Positions 13,537 to 20,000 of a stretch of DNA of 20,000 nucleotides are shown here, one piece after another; the first letter of the stretch is position 1, and each line of letters opens with the position of its first letter. The stretch is taken from IMG/VR virus record IMGVR_UViG_3300024235_000284, one strand, 5' to 3'. Below the pieces are notes generated by a model that searched no databases, had not been told where the DNA came from, and worked only from the letters and a program-made list of their open reading frames with translations. This DNA comes from an uncultured virus (IMG/VR IMGVR_UViG_3300024235_000284) (lineage: Duplodnaviria; Heunggongvirae; Uroviricota; Caudoviricetes). Position numbers and translations under genes: made by a program.

Positions 13537-14253
13537 ATGGAGTATGACCCGAAATTAAGAAAACGCACAAGACAAACCAAACCTTACAACAGCAACACGT
13601 TTCTGAACAGTCGAGAGGCTCGAGGCATCCGCGTGCAATGTGAGATGCTTGAACCAGGTGTTCGGTTGTCTCGACTTGGTATTGAACACATGATAACATT
13701 TTTCGGTAGTGCGAGGTCAGGGCCTGGTAGTGAAGATTATAAAAATGCTTATAACATTGCACATAAGCTTGGGGAAGGGTTATCAGGACCGGATGTTGGT
13801 ATCAACAGTGGTGGAGGACCAGGTATCATGGAGGCGGTCAACAGAGGTGCGAAGGATAGCGGTGCTAAGAGTATCGGGATGGGGATAAGCTTGCCATTTG
13901 AACAACGTAACAATGAGTATATATCAGAAGATTTAGAGTTTCAGTTCCATTATTTTTTTACCAGAAAATACTGGTGTGTCTATTTGAGCAAAGCGTTTGT
14001 TGTGATGCCCGGGGGAGTTGGAACCATGGATGAACTGTTTGAAATATTGACATTGATACAAACACGCAAGATACCTGGTAACAAACCAATCGTGTTGTTT
14101 AATTCTAGTTTTTGGAATGAGACTATCAATTTTAACCGCATGGTTGAACATGGTACTATCTCTGCTGCAGATTTAAACTTATTCAAGATCACTGATAATG
14201 TGGATGAAGCCGTTTCACATGTGATTGACAACATCGACTTAGTGCGCGTATAA
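13537..14253 (+). CDS. LOG-family (TIGR00730-like) nucleotide monophosphate phosphoribohydrolase
   Basis: ITFFGSAR, GGGPGIMEA.NRGA, LPFEQ..N.Y, F.YFFTRK, PGGVGTMDELFE. Confidence 0.9.
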   Translation: MEYDPKLRKRTRQTKPYNSNTFLNSREARGIRVQCEMLEPGVRLSRLGIEHMITFFGSARSGPGSEDYKNAYNIAHKLGEGLSGPDVGINSGGGPGIMEAVNRGAKDSGAKSIGMGISLPFEQRNNEYISEDLEFQFHYFFTRKYWCVYLSKAFVVMPGGVGTMDELFEILTLIQTRKIPGNKPIVLFNSSFWNETINFNRMVEHGTISAADLNLFKITDNVDEAVSHVIDNIDLVRV

Positions 14254-14254
14254 T

Positions 14255-14452
14255 ATGGATCAAAAAATGACGATAGGTGTTCTCATGCTCGGGAGTGTCT
14301 TGATTGTTGGTGCTGTCTTAATGTATAATCGAATAGTGAGACTTGAAGAATTGGTTAGAGTGCAAGATGAAACAATACAATTACAAAACCGAGCCATATT
14401 GCTAAAAAATCTAGAAACACAGTTGCTGCATCAAAGGTATCATGTTCAATGA
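14255..14452 (+). CDS. small single-TM coiled-coil protein
   Basis: Hydrophobic N-terminal helix then heptads; ATGA-coupled to the next ORF. Confidence 0.65.
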   Translation: MDQKMTIGVLMLGSVLIVGAVLMYNRIVRLEELVRVQDETIQLQNRAILLKNLETQLLHQRYHVQ

Positions 14453-14751
14453 AATATTTAGATCCTAGACCTGATATATATAAAATTGTATTCCAAGCTG
14501 GTCGATGGACAAGCAAGAGCGAAAGGTATTACACCGCGTTCACTTCACAAGAAGCCATGATGGATTTTTATCACACATTTGTTGTGGGACATGTACATGC
14601 CAAAACAGTCAAAGTTTACAGGATTGAACGTTATGATAGATTTAGTGACACATGGGATAACCATATACAATCATGTTTAGATGACTTACCCAAACCAGTA
14701 CTGACTAATGTGAAGGTTAAAGATAATCGCATAATATTTCATGAAATCTAA
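14449..14751 (+). CDS. hypothetical protein
   Basis: 100-aa ORF in a tightly packed operon. Confidence 0.65.
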   Translation: MKYLDPRPDIYKIVFQAGRWTSKSERYYTAFTSQEAMMDFYHTFVVGHVHAKTVKVYRIERYDRFSDTWDNHIQSCLDDLPKPVLTNVKVKDNRIIFHEI

Positions 14752-14968
14752 CCAAGACATACACACATTAACTGCTATACAATCAGACATGTTGAGAGAA
14801 TTACACAACAATCAAGAGAAGTTAATACACATAATAGACAAAAAAATAGATGAACAGACTTTTCACGCTATGAAGTACAAGGAGCGTGAGTGTTATGAAG
14901 CTTTATTGGAGTTGAGAGAGTTACGCAACACATTACAAGTGTTTTTACAAGTGACTAGACAATCTTAA
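14741..14968 (+). CDS. hypothetical helical protein
   Basis: 75-aa ORF overlapping both neighbours. Confidence 0.6.
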   Translation: MKSNQDIHTLTAIQSDMLRELHNNQEKLIHIIDKKIDEQTFHAMKYKERECYEALLELRELRNTLQVFLQVTRQS

Positions 14969-17528
14969 CTTTGCTCCCAGATGTTTTGATCTCAACATCT
15001 TGAGCTGGTACCCTCTCACTCTCATCACACTCCTTGCCACGATCTCTCACAATGTCATTTGATGCCACTAGATGCATGGCGGCGTTTTTGAACAAGTGAC
15101 TATGACCATAATCAATCACATGGTCATCGTTGCTATCCGAAATTAATGTTACAGTCGCCCCACCCCAGCTTGGATGTGCAGTACCATGGGGGCTCACCGC
15201 ATGACTACCGCCATTGATGTTACATTTGAAGGTTAACCCGGACAACAACTTGCTGAATATACGAGCAACCTCTGTCTCGTGTATCTCCACTGGTGCTGTT
15301 ATGTGGTGGCAGCTCAACTCTCCCTCAACATGCAAACCTCCACCAATCACGACATTCTGACTAACACCCAGGTTGCTGTCTACCAGCACTTGCCCACGCT
15401 CTCGCTGCCGGATGCTTATTATGTCACTCACTATGTTCAATCGCTTACCACCATCAATATTAACTTCATTCTTACTACCTATACTCACCTGATCACCACC
15501 AACAGTCACCTGTGAACCACCAATTTCAACACGCCCCGCAGTTTTTATACTCACACCTCCAGCACCTACATGCACATTCCACCGGTTTGCTATATTCAAT
15601 GTGTAGCTACCACCGGGCATATCATCTACATGAACAGGCTCGATAACAGGTGAGGGTGTTTGATTGACAAACACACCATGTTTGTGCACTCGGACATCGC
15701 TACGAAACATTTTACCTGTTGGGTCGGTTCTGATGCTAGGAAAATCATTCATCACCAGACCTATATTTTCAACTTTATGTTTGGCAATTGTTATGATCTC
15801 AGACCCACCCATACCCAACTCACTTTCTATTGGTGCCAGTTTCTCTGCAACACTCTTCACAAGTTGCTTGAATGTCTCTGTATTCTTCTGCGGAGTTTCA
15901 GTCCACACACCATCCATACTGCTGGTGCTCAGTCCAGTACCATTACAAGCTGGGCACCTCTCACCAAATATGAAGCCCGGGCCTTGTAATACCCATAACG
16001 GATCGATAGCTACCGCCTCATGGAGTTGTGCACTGGTGTACAATTTGGGTGACGCTCCCGTGGGATCGGTCATCATGTACTGTACCGGATTGGGTGGAGC
16101 TGGAGATGGTGGAAACTGTTGTCTGTATGGATTGAAATAACCTTGCAATCCAGGTGCACCCATCGTCGCTTTTGTGGCACCATTGCCCCCGGCTTTGGAA
16201 GTGTCTGTTTTGAGTTGTATTGATGGTAATAAAAATTGATTGAACGCACGTGTGTAATTTGTTTTGGGCAAACCGGTGAGGCTATCAACATCAACACACA
16301 CCGGGCATGGAGCAGCAACCCCGGTTTTGGTTTGTGACAATTTCCCATTCTGGCCAGGTATACCATTGACACGCTGTATATCAAACAGCGCTTTCACTTG
16401 TGCAATCTCATGCATGGTTTCTCTCCAGTTAAGATGATGGTTAAAGTTCTGATAACCTACCTTATGATAATAATCACCCCGGACAATGTGATCTAGATCA
16501 CGTTCAGTGTACCAATTACGGAAACCGTTGACAGTGTCATAATCATCCTCCTGTACCAATCTCTGATTGTTTACGGCTGCGAATTGTATGTTGGTTTGAT
16601 TGTTGAACTCCAGGAATGATCCACTATAATGTGTCATCTTGAGAATCTCTCTGTTGTCAGTGTTTATGAATTCAAGTGAACCACCTTTTTGATTGATGAC
16701 ATATTTGTTCCTGTACGTCTCAGTGTTCGTATCAAACACACGCTCCTCATCCTTGCTTATGTTTTCATACGTGCCCGGGTAATCCATACCATGCTCCTCT
16801 TGGCTCTCGTATATACCTCTCCAATCCTCACTACCATGCATGGCAGCGAACACAACCGGGTGCAGAGGATCCCCATCTTGAAAAAACACCCACACATGTG
16901 CACCAACATTAGGTATACTGAAGCTACCTTTGGCGCAATTACTGTACGTGTTGGGTCTATAATTCCACGCGAATTTGTTGGGTCTGTTCACGCCGTTCAA
17001 TCGCTCACCAACTGCTAGATCTTCAAATGGCCAGCTGCCTTCATCATCTGACGAGCTGTCTTCACTCATTGAATCAGGGTCATGCGTGTTTGTGAATGCG
17101 TCATGCACCCACAACTCATGCGACTCATACACCTTGCCAGGTTTTTCTCCTATGTGCTCGTCATTCAGTTTGTATTTTTTCTCTATGTCTGTCGTGTGTG
17201 TATCTGGCTTGAGAGTCTCATGTCGATTGCTATCTGACACAGTACCCAACTCATCATGTGCATTGTAACGTCCACTACCAACAGCTCCCACACTGGGCAT
17301 GGCATTCTCCGCCCATGGTAGTATGGTTTTTAGCTCTGGTAATATCTTGTTCAGATCACTCTTGAGATTTATACCAGGGAAGGTGAAACTTTTGTCACTT
17401 ATCTCGTTATACCAGTTCTGGTAAACATTTGCTTGTATGTGTGGTACATACACTTTGACTCGACCGCGGAAATCTGGGTCATTGTTCTGTACCACGATGC
17501 CCAGGTACATTCCTGTGTATTGTTTCAT
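14955..17528 (-). CDS. baseplate hub/central spike protein (T4 gp5 / GpV / VgrG-like OB-fold + beta-helix)
   Basis: YLGIVVQNNDP..RGRVKVYVP, LPWA, IPNVGAHVWVFFQDGDP.HPV (gp5 OB-fold); HYSGSFLEF; beta-helix-like C-terminus; HSH near the tip. Confidence 0.85.
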   Translation of the reverse strand: MKQYTGMYLGIVVQNNDPDFRGRVKVYVPHIQANVYQNWYNEISDKSFTFPGINLKSDLNKILPELKTILPWAENAMPSVGAVGSGRYNAHDELGTVSDSNRHETLKPDTHTTDIEKKYKLNDEHIGEKPGKVYESHELWVHDAFTNTHDPDSMSEDSSSDDEGSWPFEDLAVGERLNGVNRPNKFAWNYRPNTYSNCAKGSFSIPNVGAHVWVFFQDGDPLHPVVFAAMHGSEDWRGIYESQEEHGMDYPGTYENISKDEERVFDTNTETYRNKYVINQKGGSLEFINTDNREILKMTHYSGSFLEFNNQTNIQFAAVNNQRLVQEDDYDTVNGFRNWYTERDLDHIVRGDYYHKVGYQNFNHHLNWRETMHEIAQVKALFDIQRVNGIPGQNGKLSQTKTGVAAPCPVCVDVDSLTGLPKTNYTRAFNQFLLPSIQLKTDTSKAGGNGATKATMGAPGLQGYFNPYRQQFPPSPAPPNPVQYMMTDPTGASPKLYTSAQLHEAVAIDPLWVLQGPGFIFGERCPACNGTGLSTSSMDGVWTETPQKNTETFKQLVKSVAEKLAPIESELGMGGSEIITIAKHKVENIGLVMNDFPSIRTDPTGKMFRSDVRVHKHGVFVNQTPSPVIEPVHVDDMPGGSYTLNIANRWNVHVGAGGVSIKTAGRVEIGGSQVTVGGDQVSIGSKNEVNIDGGKRLNIVSDIISIRQRERGQVLVDSNLGVSQNVVIGGGLHVEGELSCHHITAPVEIHETEVARIFSKLLSGLTFKCNINGGSHAVSPHGTAHPSWGGATVTLISDSNDDHVIDYGHSHLFKNAAMHLVASNDIVRDRGKECDESERVPAQDVEIKTSGSKVKIV

Positions 17529-18838
17529 ATGCTAAAATTTTCGTTGAACCATTGAGTGTAGTTGTTGCTCTGCAGCGGGTTCATGAACTGCTCCAACGCC
17601 ATGGCAGTGGCCGCTTTGTACCCATTTGCATGATCTTTACCACGTGCCTGTCTCGTTATAGTTGCAGTCTCCATCTCATAATTACCGAACAATGAATCAC
17701 CGGGTGTCACGGTGTGTATCAGTTGCATGCTGACCTCCACATTCACCACAGTTCCGATGTCGAACCGGTCACGTACAGATGATATTACTGATGATCGGAT
17801 CCACAATGATATGTGCCTATTAGGTGTTGAGTATGTGTCATTTTCATCCCAGTTAGCATCTTGTTGTGCACCTAAAAAGTCAAAGAATTGTTGGCGAGCT
17901 TGTCTGGAGTTAAAAGCATACTCTCCGTTGGATATCACGGAAGAATTGTCAAGGTAACTGTCGGACATCTCACCATGCGACCAATGCGTGTGGTCATGTG
18001 GTTTGGATAGAGCCGCCTGTGTACCTGTACCGAGTTTCGATTTGAACATCTCAATTGTTGGTTGTATGTAACCTAACAGTTCAGCATGTGATACAGATTC
18101 AGCATTTGCGGACCATGCCGGACTTGGAGGAGATATGTATGAATCCATGAGCAGATCATGAGTTTGTTCTTTGTCTCGTGTCTTTGTTTGTATCTGATCT
18201 GATTGTATGTTCTCTTGTACTGATCTTTCGTTTATGTCTGCTTGTGCTGCCTGCGCGACTGCTGTATCTGTCGCTTGTGATGTCACTTGTGATTCTATTT
18301 CTGCTTGTTTAGTCTCAGCAGTCTTGTCATTGTTCTTCATGTCCCGTAGATCTTTAGCCGGGATGTTTTGAGCTGCAGATTGAGCAGCAACTGACATGGC
18401 ACCGGTGACCTGGCTAGCCTGTTTTATGTATTGCTCACCACACTTATCAGTGCCTATACTCTGCTGTAGACCTGTGAACTCAGCCTTGCCAGGCAAACCA
18501 AAGTTTGGAACTTTGGGAATCATGGAACTCAATCTATTTGGTAAATTTTTAACTCCATTGATAGCTTGATTCACAGTGGAACCAACCTCTCCGGTGAGGT
18601 CGCTCACAGCACCAGAGATTCTATCGGTGAGTGCTGCTGGATTCAACGCACCTGTTAACTTGCTCACATTGCTGCTGATCAACCCGCTCACATTACCCAT
18701 GGCAGCACTCAGACCCTGACCACTCGCGAGGCTCTTTATTTGCCCTAACGTTCCCCCTCGAGGCATGTTTAGACCTGGTGGCAACGCACCTTCTTCAAGT
18801 GTCGGAGGACTAGGGGGTCTGATGTTGTTACACGCCAT
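17525..18838 (-). CDS. hypothetical, probably virion-associated protein
   Basis: 437 aa, G/S/A/Q-rich amphipathic N-terminal half; ATGA-coupled to the spike gene; late promoter upstream. Confidence 0.7.
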   Translation of the reverse strand: MACNNIRPPSPPTLEEGALPPGLNMPRGGTLGQIKSLASGQGLSAAMGNVSGLISSNVSKLTGALNPAALTDRISGAVSDLTGEVGSTVNQAINGVKNLPNRLSSMIPKVPNFGLPGKAEFTGLQQSIGTDKCGEQYIKQASQVTGAMSVAAQSAAQNIPAKDLRDMKNNDKTAETKQAEIESQVTSQATDTAVAQAAQADINERSVQENIQSDQIQTKTRDKEQTHDLLMDSYISPPSPAWSANAESVSHAELLGYIQPTIEMFKSKLGTGTQAALSKPHDHTHWSHGEMSDSYLDNSSVISNGEYAFNSRQARQQFFDFLGAQQDANWDENDTYSTPNRHISLWIRSSVISSVRDRFDIGTVVNVEVSMQLIHTVTPGDSLFGNYEMETATITRQARGKDHANGYKAATAMALEQFMNPLQSNNYTQWFNENFSI

Positions 18839-18850
18839 TGTTGTATATAG

Positions 18851-18858
18851 TATTTATA
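18851..18858 (-). promoter_or_regulatory. T4-like late promoter TATAAATA
   Basis: Perfect consensus on the minus strand, 12 nt before ATG 18838. Confidence 0.7.
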
Positions 18859-18879
18859 TAGCGTGTCTTGGTTTTACAG

Positions 18880-19998
18880 CTATTTGCTCAATTGTTCCAC
18901 CTTGCGTGTCAACTCGTCAATTTGCGCTTGTTGTGACTTGGTCACTTCAATGAGTAACGCGGTGAGTTTTTCGTACTTGACCGCCTTGTATCCGGAGTCT
19001 CTAGTGGTGACAATTTCCGGGAGAACAGACTCGATCTCCTGTGCTAGTACTCCGATATCATGACCACTGAAACACACTTCATCATTTTCAATCCAGTCAA
19101 ACTCATATCCATTTATTTTGGACAATTTGTCAATTGGATCGGATATTGGTGTGAGATTCTCTTTGAGTCGCTTGTCAGAAGACGCGAATGCCACAATGTC
19201 TCCGGTGGCATTGATTGTACCGGTGGTGGTGGAGGCGGCTATTCCAATTCCTAGGGAGCGGAACTGAACTCTGTTGTCGGTGTCTAGGTCCAGTGTGGTT
19301 TTGGTCGAAGTTGTGTCTTCGGAGCCTGTGCCAATGCCGGTGACATGTCCATTGGCGTCAACCGTGATTGATTTTACAAATGTACGGGCTGTAGCTGTAA
19401 CGGTCGGGTTTGTGGCAGCTCCTGTCGAATCATGATTGATCGTGATCGCGTTTTTTGCATTAGTGATCGTTATATCAGTACCTGCTGTGAGTGTTGATGC
19501 CTCGGGTCCATCGGATCCACCTATCAACAATGCCCCGTCGGTGGTCATCACTTTTGTTAGTACTTTATCAGTACCACTGGCTTGTGTCACACAAACAGAT
19601 TTGTCCGCTAGGCTGCTCACACCAGTGCCTCCATTTGACACTGCTAAATCAGTTCCTAATGACAAGCTGGTGGCGCTGATACTTTTCGCGGTCAAGGCTC
19701 CAGTTTCTCCGGCAACACTGAACATCACTGCTGGTGTGGTGGCGGAGTTTTTCATCGTGAAGTCCGTGCCTGATATTAGGTTGACTCCCTCACTGGTTCC
19801 GTCAATGACCAAACCACCGGCACCGCTGAGTGTCAACGCTCCAGAACTGGTTGTGAAATTGCTAGCTGCGTCTGAATCCAATGATATGCCAGTGGCATCA
19901 ATCGTGACACCACCAGTGGTGTCAACATCCAAACTACCAGCGTTCATGTCAATTGCGGCTCCGGTGGTGGTAATGTCGATCTCTTGACCAGTGCCGTT
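18880..19998 (-). CDS. 5'-truncated tail fibre protein with C-terminal intramolecular chaperone (peptidase S74) domain
   Basis: The frame is open to the window edge; T/G/S/D-rich beta repeats; SSDKRLKEN ... IGVLAQEIESVLPEIV ... KAVKYEKLTALLIE followed by a coiled coil. Confidence 0.9.
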   Translation of the reverse strand, partial: NGTGQEIDITTTGAAIDMNAGSLDVDTTGGVTIDATGISLDSDAASNFTTSSGALTLSGAGGLVIDGTSEGVNLISGTDFTMKNSATTPAVMFSVAGETGALTAKSISATSLSLGTDLAVSNGGTGVSSLADKSVCVTQASGTDKVLTKVMTTDGALLIGGSDGPEASTLTAGTDITITNAKNAITINHDSTGAATNPTVTATARTFVKSITVDANGHVTGIGTGSEDTTSTKTTLDLDTDNRVQFRSLGIGIAASTTTGTINATGDIVAFASSDKRLKENLTPISDPIDKLSKINGYEFDWIENDEVCFSGHDIGVLAQEIESVLPEIVTTRDSGYKAVKYEKLTALLIEVTKSQQAQIDELTRKVEQLSK

Positions 19999-20000
19999 GA

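Noticed and set aside
14249..14254. TATAAT just before ATG 14255
   Set aside because: Formed by the LOG stop codon, abuts the ATG, and has no convincing -35.
15279..17957. Multiple plus-strand ORFs opposite the spike and upstream gene
   Set aside because: Antisense shadows with no motifs or promoter context.
19060..19987. Plus-strand ORFs opposite the tail fibre (including 183 aa)
   Set aside because: Antisense to a well-supported S74-chaperone tail fibre; composition mirrors its codon bias.
1..20000. Alternative genetic code (stop-codon reassignment)
   Set aside because: Conserved genes are full-length in code 11, and TGA, TAG and TAA all end genes at sensible positions, including TGATG/ATGA overlaps.
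1..20000. CRISPR array, IS element, integrase, intron/intein or DGR
   Set aside because: No direct-repeat arrays, transposase, recombinase, reverse-transcriptase or homing-endonuclease motifs were seen by eye.

Overview
This window is a gene-dense segment of a large T4-like (myovirus-type) phage genome. The evidence is a gp5-like baseplate spike, a tail fibre with an S74 intramolecular chaperone, T4 internal-protein-like N-termini, and about 11 T4 late-promoter-like (T/A/G)ATAAATA boxes, most lying 5 nt before a start codon. Its accessory cargo points to a Verrucomicrobia/Planctomycetes/Lentisphaerae (PVC) host; this is an inference. Left to right: (1) a nucleotidyltransferase/kinase/phosphatase cluster; (2) a self-contained sigma70-type unit encoding an outer-membrane beta-barrel plus a 2-TM protein; (3) a minus-strand block of putative head-packaged proteins, including a lysozyme-fold enzyme; (4) UvsE; (5) a membrane-anchored vWA-like protein; (6) a complete tmRNA gene with a 35-codon tag; (7) a lipoprotein and an intact DUF1549/DUF1553 + Tat-signal DUF1501 pair, each behind its own late-promoter box; (8) a LOG-family enzyme and hypotheticals; (9) tail and baseplate genes on the minus strand. 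The strongest novelty candidates are the late-promoter-driven PVC-type envelope module (6395-12226), the long-tag phage tmRNA, apparently leaderless late transcripts, and two classes of N-terminal putative capsid-targeting motifs. All family assignments come from motif recognition by eye; no database searches were run.
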